This document shows, in pieces, positions 1-9,478 of a DNA stretch of 64,000 bases. Source of the stretch: Candidatus Binatia bacterium (GTDB taxonomy: Bacteria > Desulfobacterota > Binatia > Bin18); NCBI GenBank assembly GCA_963666315.2, contig CAXXHG010000043.1, forward strand, positions 512,001-576,000, given 5' to 3'. Each line of letters opens with the position of its first letter. The stretch's first letter is position 1. The notes under the pieces were generated by a model, which worked only from the letters and a program-made list of their open reading frames with translations, made no database searches and was not told where the DNA came from. Both the position numbers and the translations under genes were made by a program.

Positions 1-305
1 CGTCCGTTACTCATATGATCGAGCATGCAGATTTCTTCAATAAGTCGTAGCGGATGATACAGCGGCAGCAAATAGACGAGCGGACCCAAGCGGATGCGCT
101 TGGTGTGTTGTATTGCCGCTGCCAGGAATAGACTCGGCGATGGGGCCATACCCAGCGGCGTGGCATGGTGTTCGGCCAAGTGATAGCAGTAAAAACCCGC
201 CTCGTCGGCCATTTTCAGCAGCCGCAGCCGCCCGTCATACAGTGCACCGAGCGTGTCTTCTCTGCGCTCCTGATGGTCAAATATCCCAAAAGCAACACTA
301 CTCAT
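1..305 (-). CDS. LLM-class flavin-dependent oxidoreductase (luciferase-like), N-terminal part; runs off the window edge
   Basis: Manual translation from ATG at 305: MSSVAFGIFDHQ...GFYCYHLAEHHATPLGMAPSPSLFLAAAIQHTKRIRLGPLVYLLPLYHPLRLIEEICMLDHMSNGR; not in the ORF track because it is truncated by the edge. Confidence 0.9.
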   Translation of the reverse strand, partial: MSSVAFGIFDHQERREDTLGALYDGRLRLLKMADEAGFYCYHLAEHHATPLGMAPSPSLFLAAAIQHTKRIRLGPLVYLLPLYHPLRLIEEICMLDHMSNG

Positions 306-338
306 TATTGATGACCCCTTGTATTCCGCGTCTGCCTT

Positions 339-1304
339 TTACCCCATGCGAGGCAACACGTATTCGGTGAACTGCATGAAGCTTTCATGGCTCAACGGTG
401 CGCCAATGATATAGTCCAAATGGATCTCCTCTTTGAGGCGGGCGAGTTCGTCCACAACCTTCTCCGGCGTGCCGTGAATGACAACATTGTCAACATAGCG
501 TTGGATCGGGTCCTCGTCCCCATACATTTCTGGCGGTACATAGGTCTTGATAAGCCACTTTGCCCCCTCGCGTGCGACTTCGATCGCTTTTTCTTCCGTT
601 GGCGCAATAGCGAGCAGGCGGGCCATGGGTGTCTGACGGCCTTCAATAGAATGGCCGTGAGCTTCGAGTGTATCTCTATACAACTCCCACTTCTTGCCAA
701 GCTCGACATGCGTGGCGTGTGGGTCCATGAGAATCGAATGACCCTCAGAGGCGGCCCACTCGATTGCTCCCGGAGAAGAAGCCGCCGTCCAGACCGGTGG
801 ATGCGGCTTTTGCAGCGGCTTGGGGAGTACTTCCACATTATCGAAGGAGAAATACTTACCGTTGTAAGTGAGACGGTCATTGGTCCAGGCTTTGACTACA
901 ATGTCTACGGTTTCTCGAAAGCGGGCGTGGCTTTCTTCAACCGGTACCCCGAAGGCTTTGAACTCATTCATGTCAAAGCCGCGTCCGGCTCCCCAGTTCA
1001 CCCGACCGCCGGAAAGTGTGTCGAGCAAGGCGATTTCCTCGGCCAGGCGGAGCGGGTGGTAGAAAGCGGCCAAGCAGACGCCGGTGCCGATGCGCAGGTT
1101 CTTGGTACGAGCTGCCGCATAGCTGCCAAGGACTGGAATAGACGGACAAACGCTGTAGTCGGTAAAATGATGCTCGGTGAGCCATACCGCGTCATAGCCG
1201 TTTTGATCCATAATCTCGATACGTTCCAGCGCCCGCTGGTAGACGGTTGAGAGTGCGGTGCGACGTCCAGGCCAGCTAAAGAATTGCAGGATGCCAAATT
1301 CCAC
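339..1304 (-). CDS. LLM-class flavin-dependent oxidoreductase
   Basis: WLTEHHF, HPLRLAEEIALLDTLSGGR, PKPLQKPHPP motifs; GAGGAG RBS before GTG start. Confidence 0.93.
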   Translation of the reverse strand: MEFGILQFFSWPGRRTALSTVYQRALERIEIMDQNGYDAVWLTEHHFTDYSVCPSIPVLGSYAAARTKNLRIGTGVCLAAFYHPLRLAEEIALLDTLSGGRVNWGAGRGFDMNEFKAFGVPVEESHARFRETVDIVVKAWTNDRLTYNGKYFSFDNVEVLPKPLQKPHPPVWTAASSPGAIEWAASEGHSILMDPHATHVELGKKWELYRDTLEAHGHSIEGRQTPMARLLAIAPTEEKAIEVAREGAKWLIKTYVPPEMYGDEDPIQRYVDNVVIHGTPEKVVDELARLKEEIHLDYIIGAPLSHESFMQFTEYVLPRMG

Positions 1305-1395
1305 AGTGTTCTCCTCGGGGCGGATTATTGTTCCAGATTAGTGTAGCGAGAAGCGGGGATAAGTCTGCCCCCTGTCGTAGCTACTCACCCAACCT

Positions 1396-1680
1396 GTGAG
1401 AGATACGCAAGCAAGACGCGAGAAGTACGGAGTAAAGGAGAAAGGAATCTTTACCACGCAGCTAAGTAAGCTGTCTTCAAAGCGGCAAGTCACTGTTCCC
1501 AAAGAAGTGCGTGAGGTCTTAGATCTCACGCCGGGAGATATGGTGGCGTACGATATAGAGCAAGGAACCGTGACCTTACGCCGTGCTGAGCCATTTGACG
1601 CGGCCTTTCACAAATCGTTGTCTGCCACGTTAGATGAGTGGGAGACGCCAGAAGACGATGAAGCCTTTCGTGATTTATAA
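1396..1680 (+). CDS. AbrB/MazE/SpoVT-family antitoxin-like DNA-binding protein (start uncertain, possibly degenerate)
   Basis: SKLSSKRQVTVPKEVREVLDLTPGDMVAY swapped-hairpin motif; acidic tail EWETPEDDEAFRDL; likely original start is ACG at about 1456 after AAGGA. Confidence 0.75.
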   Translation: MRDTQARREKYGVKEKGIFTTQLSKLSSKRQVTVPKEVREVLDLTPGDMVAYDIEQGTVTLRRAEPFDAAFHKSLSATLDEWETPEDDEAFRDL

Positions 1681-1693
1681 GCGTTGCGTTTAA
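1670..1693 (+). pseudogene. Stub of the cognate toxin (MIYKRCV*), possibly PemK/MazF-type
   Basis: GTG ATT TAT AAG CGT overlaps the antitoxin 3' end as in coupled type II TA pairs, then stops after 7 codons. Confidence 0.4.
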
Positions 1694-1875
1694 AGATTTT
1701 TACACTCGCCTGTAGGCTGATTCTGAGACAAAGCGACGCTTGTACCCAGAAAGATCGGACGAATGTCTTGAAAGCCCTGCGCGACCACGTGTTCTCCACT
1801 GTATAGCTCCTCTCTTTTTTCCTGTTTTTGCTTGTTCGAGGATTGCTATCGCAACCCCGCCTTTCTATCCTCGCT

Positions 1876-1907
1876 CTTGACTTAATTGATCGCTCGCTTC
1901 ATTATGG
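1876..1907 (+). promoter_or_regulatory. Sigma70-like promoter with putative TetR operator in the spacer
   Basis: TTGACT(1877-1882)-17 bp-CATTAT(1900-1905); 24/32 identical to the box before the second tetR; a further TGATCG-N6-CGATCA inverted repeat lies just downstream. Confidence 0.65.
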
Positions 1908-1963
1908 AGATGATCGATCATACGATCAATTCAATAGCTCTACCGATCAGAGAAGAAATCGCA

Positions 1964-2647
1964 GTGGCACGCCCTGTTAAAACAGCGCACTCGCCTGACT
2001 ATCAGGCCACAATCTGCACCGTCGCCCAAGCCTTGTTCGCCGAACGGGGCTTTGCCGGTACGACCATCCGAGAGATTGCCGAACAGACCGGTGTCAGATC
2101 GAGCCTGCTGTACCACTACTTCTCCAGCAAAGAAGCGTTATATCTGTCGCTGCTGGAGGCAGCCGTCAGTGAGCTCGTTGCGCAGGCGGAACACATTGCG
2201 GCCAGCGTGGACACCCCAGAGGAAAAAATTCGTCGCTTTGTCCAGGCTTTTCGCGAGCACTTCCAGGCCCATCCGCAGCGCTTTCGGCTGGTCCAGCGGG
2301 CGGTTGATGAATACAGCCCCACCGCGCAAGTCCTAGTGCGACGCTGGTTTTCGCGCGTGTTCAGTGCCTTTCACGCCATCACCACCGAAGGCGTCAAGCA
2401 AGGGCTCTTCAAACCGCTACCGCCGCCCCTGCTGTCCTTTGCTATCGCCGCGCTCCTCGAACAAACCATGCGCCTCCATAAGCTCGTGGGGGATATGAGC
2501 CCGGACCTGTCTGGTGCGTACCTGTTTGAGGAGCTGGCAGATCTTATAGTGGCCCTGCTCCAGACCGATGTGCCCAAGAGAAGCGTCCCTGTTCGCTGCG
2601 GCAAGAAACGTCCGCCAAGTAAAAATCCAAGGAGTAGTACCCCCTAA
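1964..2647 (+). CDS. TetR/AcrR-family transcriptional regulator
   Basis: ALFAERGFAGTTIREIAEQTGVRSSLLYHYFSSKEALY HTH; GTG start at 1964 chosen because (M)ARPVKTAHSPDY aligns with paralogue MSRPVKTPSSPDY. Confidence 0.92.
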   Translation: MARPVKTAHSPDYQATICTVAQALFAERGFAGTTIREIAEQTGVRSSLLYHYFSSKEALYLSLLEAAVSELVAQAEHIAASVDTPEEKIRRFVQAFREHFQAHPQRFRLVQRAVDEYSPTAQVLVRRWFSRVFSAFHAITTEGVKQGLFKPLPPPLLSFAIAALLEQTMRLHKLVGDMSPDLSGAYLFEELADLIVALLQTDVPKRSVPVRCGKKRPPSKNPRSSTP

Positions 2648-3125
2648 TGGAAGCATTCTTTCGAACCGTCATCCGCTTTCGATGGCTCGTCATTACGCAG
2701 TACCATCCTGGCGGCACTCCCGATTCAAACATTACGCTTTGAGGGCGATGTTGACGCCGTCTTCCCATTCGATGATCCGATCCTCGCCTATAGTAAAGTG
2801 GTTGAAGAACGATTCGGCATCCGTGATCTCATTATGATCGGGGTACTGAACGATAACCCCGACGAGAATGGCGTCTTTAACCCACGGACTTTGGGCATTG
2901 TCAAAGAGTTTTCGCAACACATTGCCCTGCTACCTGGAATCAAAGCAATCTGGGACGAAGATGTGGCCAGTATCGCCACTATGGATAATATCACTGGCAC
3001 CGTTGACGGTATGAACGTTGAATCGTTTTAAACCGCGTTTTGTGTACGGCGAAGAAAAGGCTGCTGTCATGACCCCTTCGCTGCGGCAAGAAACGTCTGC
3101 TGAGCAAGAAGTGTCTGTCGGATAA
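2647..3125 (+). pseudogene. MMPL/RND transporter pseudogene with an internal deletion of about 2 kb
   Basis: Starts MEAFFRTVIRFRWLVIT (TAATG overlap with tetR), frameshifts, continues ...EDVASIATMDNITGTVDGMNVES, then jumps to the family C-terminus FKPRFVYGEEK...VG*. Confidence 0.9.
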
Positions 3126-3143
3126 GAAGCTCAGGAGAACACC

Positions 3144-5648
3144 ATGGCTGAATCTTTTTTTCGTGGCATCATTCGTTTCCGTTGGTTGATTATCGCCCTC
3201 GTCCTGAGCTGCACGGTGGTGGCCTGGCTGCAGCTGAGCAAGCTGCGCTTTGATGCTGATCTGGAGGCCATGATCCCGCCCGACGATCCTGTGCAATCCT
3301 ATAATAATATGGTCGAAGACCGCTTTGGCATCCGCGACCTGATTATTATTGGTGTGTTGAACAACAACCCGGACGAAAATGGCGTTTTCAACCCCCGGAC
3401 GTTAGGCATCGTCAAGGAGTTCTCCGAGCAGATTGCGCTGTTGCCGGGGATTAAGGCCATCCGGGATGAAGACGTAGCCAGTGTCGCCACCATGGACAAT
3501 ATTACGGGCACGGCTGACGGTATGGCCGTTGATCCGTTTATGGAAGACGTGCCGCACACATCTGAAGCCCTCACGAAGCTGCAGACCAATCTGTTTAGCA
3601 ACTCCATGTTTGTGAATTGGCTAGTCTCAGCGGACAGCACCGGCCTACTCATTACGGCCAAGATGGAAGAGGCTGGGGGCACGCTTGAGGGCGTGGCCCG
3701 CCGAGCGGCCATCTACACGACGATCAGACAGATGGTCCAGGCCAAACAAGCGACCGGTGTACCTGAGCAATTTTATATCGCCGGTCGGGGTGCCGTTGAG
3801 GTGACGATTACTGAATATAGCGAGCAAGAAATGGCTAAATTTATGCCGTTTATCTTGCTGGTTGTCGTGGGGACGCTGTACTTCACCTATCGTAGCCTGC
3901 GCGGTGTCCTCCTGCCCTTGGCGGTTGTCGTCGTGTCGGTGATCTGGACCTTAGGCGTCATGGCGGCGGCGAACGTTGCGATGTACGTTTTTTCGACCAT
4001 GATACCGGTCGTACTGATGGCGATCGGGGTGGCGGATGGAATTCATATACTGAGTCGCTACTATGACGAGATCTTGGAGCACCCAGAGACTTCCTCGGCT
4101 GAGGCCGTCGTGGCCGCGATGCTGGAGATGTGGCAGCCGGTGGTGTTCACCTCACTGACGACGGCCGCCGGCTTCTTGTCGTTTCTGACCGCCCCGATAC
4201 CCCCGATCCAAGAATTTGGGCTGTTTACCGCCATCGGGGTGTTAGCGGCGATGGTGTTTTCGTTGACCTTTTTCCCAGCCGTGCTGTCCATGCTACCGGC
4301 CAAGGTGACTGGTAGCTTAGTCCGCCAGATGGGCAGTAGTGGGGACCTGGCGGCGACCGGCTGGACCGCTCGGACGCTGGCCGTCCTAGGCCGCGGGGTG
4401 GCCCGGCATCCCCGGCTGGTCTGGCTGCCTACGCTGGTGATCGTTGGGGTCTGTTTGGCCGGCACATGGCATATCCCGGTCGAGTCATCGCCTCTTGGTG
4501 TGTTTCCGCTCGACAGTCCCTTGCGCAGGGCTGATCGGGTCTTGCGTGACACCTTCCAAGGCACGACGCCGGTGTATGTTGCGATTGAAGGGCATGAGCC
4601 TGATCTGCTGAAAGATCCCGGTCTGCTGGCCAAAATTGACCAGATGCAGACGGCAGTCGAACAAGACCCGATGGTCGGTGGTTCGGTGTCACTGGCTGAG
4701 TATGTGAAGCGCATGCACCGAATCATGAATGAGGACCGGCCAGAGATGGAGTTCATCCCCAGGGACCGCGACCTGGTGGCTCAATATCTCCTGCTGTATT
4801 CGTTCTCCGGTGATCCGGATGATTTCGAGGAGGTCGTGGATTACGATTACCAGCATGCCAATGTAGCGTTTTACCTGCGCTCTGATAGCACCGAAGATGT
4901 GCAGCGCGTCGTCCAGCGGATACAAGACTTTGCGGTGAAGGAGTTTGGGCGTACTGAGTCGGTTGATGCGAGCGGGGACCCGCTGTCCTTACGCTTCGGG
5001 CGTTGGCTGATCGGCATCAAGCCGACGATCGCCAATTGGGAAACCGAGAGTGGCTTTCGGATTGGCTTTGCTGGCAACGGGTATTTCATTAACCGGATGT
5101 GCGAACTGGTCATCAGTGGCCTGACCAGCAGCCTGGTGACGTCACTCGGGGCGGTGTTTGTCCTGACTGCACTCATGTTCCGATCCGTCACGGCAGGCTT
5201 GATTAATATTATTCCGATTAGTGTGGTCAGCATCTTTAGCTTAGGCCTGCTGGGGCTGCTCCAGAGTCCTTTGCAGGTGGGGAAATCCATCACCTTTGCG
5301 ATGGTGATTGGGGTCGGAATCGATTATACGATTCACTTTCTGAACAAGTATCGCAGCAAAGTCCGGGAGGGCTTGATCGACCCGGAAGCGATTACCCTGG
5401 CGACCATGGCCACTTCGGGCAAAGCCATCTTTTTTAATGCCATCGTGGTCATGGGCGGGTTCGCCGTCTTGCTGGCTTCGAACTTTCTGCCTAATTGGCA
5501 CCTGGGAGCGATGATGGTGCTGAACATGGGGGCATGTCTGGTTGCCTCGATGACGATCCTGCCGATGGTCCTGAATATCTTTAAACCGCGTTTTGTGTAC
5601 GGAGAAAAGGAAGCGCCACTCGTAGCATCCAAAGAATCTGAGCTTTAA
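3144..5648 (+). CDS. MMPL-family (RND superfamily) transporter, copy 1
   Basis: 834 aa, two repeats of TM + periplasmic loop + 5 TM; GVGIDYTIHF motif; AGGAG RBS. Confidence 0.92.
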   Translation: MAESFFRGIIRFRWLIIALVLSCTVVAWLQLSKLRFDADLEAMIPPDDPVQSYNNMVEDRFGIRDLIIIGVLNNNPDENGVFNPRTLGIVKEFSEQIALLPGIKAIRDEDVASVATMDNITGTADGMAVDPFMEDVPHTSEALTKLQTNLFSNSMFVNWLVSADSTGLLITAKMEEAGGTLEGVARRAAIYTTIRQMVQAKQATGVPEQFYIAGRGAVEVTITEYSEQEMAKFMPFILLVVVGTLYFTYRSLRGVLLPLAVVVVSVIWTLGVMAAANVAMYVFSTMIPVVLMAIGVADGIHILSRYYDEILEHPETSSAEAVVAAMLEMWQPVVFTSLTTAAGFLSFLTAPIPPIQEFGLFTAIGVLAAMVFSLTFFPAVLSMLPAKVTGSLVRQMGSSGDLAATGWTARTLAVLGRGVARHPRLVWLPTLVIVGVCLAGTWHIPVESSPLGVFPLDSPLRRADRVLRDTFQGTTPVYVAIEGHEPDLLKDPGLLAKIDQMQTAVEQDPMVGGSVSLAEYVKRMHRIMNEDRPEMEFIPRDRDLVAQYLLLYSFSGDPDDFEEVVDYDYQHANVAFYLRSDSTEDVQRVVQRIQDFAVKEFGRTESVDASGDPLSLRFGRWLIGIKPTIANWETESGFRIGFAGNGYFINRMCELVISGLTSSLVTSLGAVFVLTALMFRSVTAGLINIIPISVVSIFSLGLLGLLQSPLQVGKSITFAMVIGVGIDYTIHFLNKYRSKVREGLIDPEAITLATMATSGKAIFFNAIVVMGGFAVLLASNFLPNWHLGAMMVLNMGACLVASMTILPMVLNIFKPRFVYGEKEAPLVASKESEL

Positions 5649-5706
5649 TATCTGTGAACTCACGCTCTAGTGGCATTTCCAAGTCGAAAATGTACGTTGT
5701 CTTATT

Positions 5707-5817
5707 GCCGTTCCCCTTCGACAGGCTTAGGGCGAATGGGGAGAGCGCTACTAGACCAGACACGTCCGTACTGAGCTTGTCGAAGCCCGTCCTGAGCCCA
5801 GCCGAAGGGTATGAACG
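5707..5817. repeat. REP-like element, CTGAGC...CGAAG family (inverted plus tandem units)
   Basis: CCCTTCGACAGGCTTAGGGCGAATGG inverted relative to CTGAGCTTGTCGAAGCCCGTCCTGAGCCCAGCCGAAGGG; related copies at 23237 and 47901. Confidence 0.75.
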
Positions 5818-5898
5818 CCCACGAATGGACGACTTCCAGGTAGGCGCAGTACTAACGTCTATTTGGAAGTGTAAGAACTGTAAGGAGCTATCGTAAAC

Positions 5899-8445
5899 AT
5901 GGAGTCGTATTTCCGCTGGATTATCCGCTTTCGTTTCTTGGTCATTGGCCTTGTTCTGGCCTCTACTGGCCTGGCTTGGGTCCAGCTGCAATCGTTGCGT
6001 TTTGAGGGCGATGCTGACGCCTTCATCCCCCGAGACGACCCGGTCATGAGCTATAACGATCTAGTCGAGGAGCGCTTTGGTATAAGCGATCTGATTGTTA
6101 TAGGGGTTCTTAATAAAAATCCGGACGAAAACGGGGTCTTTAACCCACGTACCCTGGCCATCATCAAAGAATTCTCGGAAGAGATCGCCCTGCTGCCAGG
6201 CATCAAAGCCATCCGGGATGAAGACGTAGCAAGTGTGGCCACGCTCGATAATATCACCGGGACGGCTGACGGCATGGCCGTCGAGCAGTTCATGGAAACG
6301 GTTCCTCAATCACCCGAGTCACTCGAAGCATTAAAGCAGGCACTCTTTCACAATTCGATGTTCGTCAACTGGATCGTCTCCCAGGACGGTACCGGCATGC
6401 TCATCATGGCCAAAATGGAGCCGGGTGGTGGGACAGTCGAAGGGACTGCGAGACGGATGGCCATTTATACCACCATCCGCGATATGGTTGAGGCGAAAAA
6501 AGCGGCCGGCGCTCCAGAGGAATTCCATATTGCAGGACAAGGCGCTCTGGAGGTCACCTTTGAGGAGGGGATGCGGCAGGACATGGAGACCTTCATCCCG
6601 CTCATTCTCGTGATTGTCCTCGGCACGTTGTATTTTACCTATCGGAGTGTGCGCGGTGTCTTGCTCCCTTTGGCGGTTGTCCTGGTCTCGGTGATTTGGA
6701 CGTTGGGTATTATGGCCGCTGTCGGGATTCCCATGTATTCCATTTCCACCATGATGCCGGTTATCCTGATGGCGGTTGGAGTTGCGAATGGCATTCATAT
6801 ACTCAGCCGTTATTACGAGGAGGTCTTGCAACATCCGGACGTTTCCTCACCCGACGCGGTACTCGCCGCTATGCGAGAGATGTGGCAACCGGTGGTCTTC
6901 ACCTCCTTGACTACGGCGGCCGGGTTTTTATCCTTTTTAACCGCTAGCATTCTGCCCATCCGCTATTTTGGTGTCTTTACCTCTATAGGTGTCGTGGCCG
7001 CGATGGTTTTCTCCATCACCTTTTTTCCGGCTCTGTTGAGCCTCCTGCCGGTCAAAGTCAGCCGTGGCTTGCGAGCCCAAATGGGCCGCAGTGGTGACCT
7101 GGCGGCGACCGGCTGGGCGGCACGGACGCTCTCCCGCTTAGGCGTCGGCGTTGCGCGAAAACCAATAGTGGTGTGGGGAGTGACAACCCTTGTCATGCTG
7201 GTGTGTCTGCTTGGTGCGCAGCTCATTTTTGTAGATACCTCATTTATCAAGATGACCGATCCAAACAGCCCCGTGCGGATTGCGGATACCGTCTTGGGCG
7301 AGACGTTCCAAGGCAATCTGCCGCTGTATATTGCGATTGAAGGGCATCAGCCGGATCTACTCAAAGATCCGGTGCTGCTTGCCAAACTCGATCGCCTCCA
7401 AGCCTTCGTCGAACAAGATCCGATCGTTGGCGGGTCTTTGTCGTTGGCCGAGTATATCAAACGCATGAACAGGGTGATGAACGAGGATCGTCCAGAAATG
7501 GAAGTGATTCCAGACTCGCAAGACCTCGTCGCCCAGTACTTGTTGCTGTATTCTTTCTCTGGTGATCCTGACGATTTTGATGAAATCGTGGATTACGACT
7601 ATCAATACGCCAACCTGACGATATTTTTGCGCTCGGATAGCACCCAGGACATCAAACGCGTGGTTGAGCTTGTGCGAGACTTTGCCGTGCGTGAATTTGG
7701 ATATGCCGGAGACAACGACAACGCAGATACCGGCGCACGGGACCCGTGGCCCATCCGCTTTGGCCGCTGGCTGGCTGGCATCGAGCCCACGGTTGTTGGT
7801 TGGGAAACAAACAGCGGTTTTCGACTTGGGATTGCTGGGAATGGCTATCTGACTACCCGTTTTAGCGAACTGGTGGTATCCGGGCAGCTGGCGAGTCTGG
7901 TCGTCTCCCTCGTGGCCGTCTTCTTATTGACGTCGTTTATGTTTCACTCCTGGGTCGCTGGGCTGATCAATATTATCCCGATTAGTTTAGTCATGGTTTT
8001 TAGTTTTGGACTGCTCGGACTTCTCGGCATCCCACTTGAAGTTGGCAAATCGTTAACCGCCTCTATGGTGATTGGTATTGGCATCGATTATACAATCCAC
8101 TTCCTGAATAAATACCGGATTAAAGTCCGCTCTGGCTTGACGGACCCTGAAGAGATTACCGCAGCTACCATGGCGACGTCGGGCAAGGCCATCTTTTTTA
8201 ATGCACTAGTTGTGACGGCTAGCTTCTTAGTATTTCTCACCTCAAACTTTCGACCTAATTTTTATCTCGGGGCGATGTTGTCGCTGAATATGGGCGCATG
8301 CCTCTTGGTGTCGATGACCGTCCTGCCCGCGATCCTGAATACGTTTAAACCGCGTTTTGTGTACGGCGAAAAGCCGGGGTCTGTGACGCCGCCGCAAACG
8401 GCTGACCGAGCAGTTTCAGCGAGAGAAGAAGAGGAAGCAATATAG
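5899..8445 (+). CDS. MMPL-family (RND superfamily) transporter, copy 2
   Basis: 848 aa, collinear with copies 1 and 3; GIGIDYTIHF; AAGGAG RBS. Confidence 0.92.
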   Translation: MESYFRWIIRFRFLVIGLVLASTGLAWVQLQSLRFEGDADAFIPRDDPVMSYNDLVEERFGISDLIVIGVLNKNPDENGVFNPRTLAIIKEFSEEIALLPGIKAIRDEDVASVATLDNITGTADGMAVEQFMETVPQSPESLEALKQALFHNSMFVNWIVSQDGTGMLIMAKMEPGGGTVEGTARRMAIYTTIRDMVEAKKAAGAPEEFHIAGQGALEVTFEEGMRQDMETFIPLILVIVLGTLYFTYRSVRGVLLPLAVVLVSVIWTLGIMAAVGIPMYSISTMMPVILMAVGVANGIHILSRYYEEVLQHPDVSSPDAVLAAMREMWQPVVFTSLTTAAGFLSFLTASILPIRYFGVFTSIGVVAAMVFSITFFPALLSLLPVKVSRGLRAQMGRSGDLAATGWAARTLSRLGVGVARKPIVVWGVTTLVMLVCLLGAQLIFVDTSFIKMTDPNSPVRIADTVLGETFQGNLPLYIAIEGHQPDLLKDPVLLAKLDRLQAFVEQDPIVGGSLSLAEYIKRMNRVMNEDRPEMEVIPDSQDLVAQYLLLYSFSGDPDDFDEIVDYDYQYANLTIFLRSDSTQDIKRVVELVRDFAVREFGYAGDNDNADTGARDPWPIRFGRWLAGIEPTVVGWETNSGFRLGIAGNGYLTTRFSELVVSGQLASLVVSLVAVFLLTSFMFHSWVAGLINIIPISLVMVFSFGLLGLLGIPLEVGKSLTASMVIGIGIDYTIHFLNKYRIKVRSGLTDPEEITAATMATSGKAIFFNALVVTASFLVFLTSNFRPNFYLGAMLSLNMGACLLVSMTVLPAILNTFKPRFVYGEKPGSVTPPQTADRAVSAREEEEAI

Positions 8446-8536
8446 AAAACCATGTGGACAATGACAATCGGACTCGGGTTGCTCGTCTTGAGCACGGCCC
8501 TAGCTGTCTCTGCGGAAGAAATTCCCGGCGAGCCGA
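8441..8536 (+). pseudogene. 5' remnant of a LolA-like lipoprotein-sorting protein gene
   Basis: MTIGLGLLVLSTALAVSAEEIPGEP matches MTIGLGLLLLSTIAPVYAQEIPGEP at 12019; the ATGA coupling is mutated (ATAG); similarity ends abruptly. Confidence 0.8.
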
Positions 8537-8716
8537 GGCTATATTTATTTTGCGCCGCAGCCGCCGATCTGGCCGGCCGGCGCGATCTTCTGGTCCGTAC
8601 CAATCGACGAAGGCAAGGTACGGGTGTTCACGTGCGCGACCTTCCACGGCGAATCCAAGGATCGTGCCCGCGCGTGGATCATGCAGTTCGTGCATTGGCG
8701 CAGTCTTCTCTCCGTA
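8537..8716 (+). pseudogene. Internal fragment of an unrelated gene, possibly a Rieske oxygenase catalytic domain
   Basis: Frame starting 8537 reads GYIYFAPQPPIWPAGAIFWSVPIDEGKVRVFTCATFHGESKDRARAWIMQFVHW; WxVPIDxxxxRVF resembles Rieske oxygenase alpha-subunit C-terminal strands. Confidence 0.35.
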
Positions 8717-8748
8717 CTTGATCTAACTGAACGTTCGGTTAATTATAG
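8717..8748 (+). promoter_or_regulatory. Promoter with near-palindromic TetR operator
   Basis: TTGATC-17 bp-AATTAT (overlapping TATAGT); spacer holds TAACTGAACGTTCGGTTA (8724-8741), an 18-bp palindrome with one mismatched pair. Confidence 0.7.
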
Positions 8749-8757
8749 TAGGTAGAT

Positions 8758-9450
8758 ATGTCTCGACCAGTCAAAACACCTTCATCGCCTGATTATCGGA
8801 CCAAGATCGGTACGGTGGCTGAAGCGCTGTTTGCCGAACGTGGCTTCGACGGGACCTCCCTGCGCGAGATTGCCGAGCGGACTGGGGCAACCAAGGCGCT
8901 CATCTATCACTACTACGAGAATAAAGAGGCGCTGTATCAGACGATTCTCGAGGACGGGGTGAGTGGCGTTGTCACCCAGGTTGAAGAGATTGCGGAAGAC
9001 GGGACAGATCCCGAGGTCCAGATCCGGGCTATTGTCCAGGTGTTTCTGAATGCCTACCACGATGCGCCGCACCGTTTCCAGATGATCCAACGCGCGATCG
9101 ACGACCATCATTCGATTGCGGCTGTTCTCGCTGAACGCTGGTTTTCGCGTGCGCACCTTGCCTTACAGGCTATTGTTGCCGAAGGTGTGCGACAAGGCGG
9201 TTTTAAGCCACTGCCGGCCCAGATGGTTCCGTTCGCTATCATTGGGCTTATCGTCCACACGCTGCGCGGGCAGAAACTTGTCAGTCACATTGATCCGAAC
9301 CTGTCTGGCGAGCAGGTTTTAACTGCCCTGCCGGATTTAGTGCTAGCATTGCTCACAGCCGATTCTGGTCAAAAAAAAATCAGCCTAAGCTCTTCACTTC
9401 CGTCTCGGAGGCGTTCGCCGAGTCAGGCCAAACGAAGAGCTAAAGGTTAA
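8758..9450 (+). CDS. TetR/AcrR-family transcriptional regulator
   Basis: ALFAERGFDGTSLREIAERTGATKALIYHYYENKEALY; paralogue of 1964-2647. Confidence 0.93.
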   Translation: MSRPVKTPSSPDYRTKIGTVAEALFAERGFDGTSLREIAERTGATKALIYHYYENKEALYQTILEDGVSGVVTQVEEIAEDGTDPEVQIRAIVQVFLNAYHDAPHRFQMIQRAIDDHHSIAAVLAERWFSRAHLALQAIVAEGVRQGGFKPLPAQMVPFAIIGLIVHTLRGQKLVSHIDPNLSGEQVLTALPDLVLALLTADSGQKKISLSSSLPSRRRSPSQAKRRAKG

Positions 9451-9478
9451 GTGCAAAGGACTATACAGGAAGAACTGA

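Noticed and set aside
387-1250. Long antisense ORFs (also 4061-4756, 13946-14605, 31744-32508, 41060-41782, 57168-57857)
   Set aside because: They shadow well-supported genes on the other strand and show no motifs; this is expected from codon bias
8452-8721. 89-aa ORF as a novel secreted protein
   Set aside because: It is a chimera: a lolA-like signal-peptide stub running out of frame into unrelated sequence
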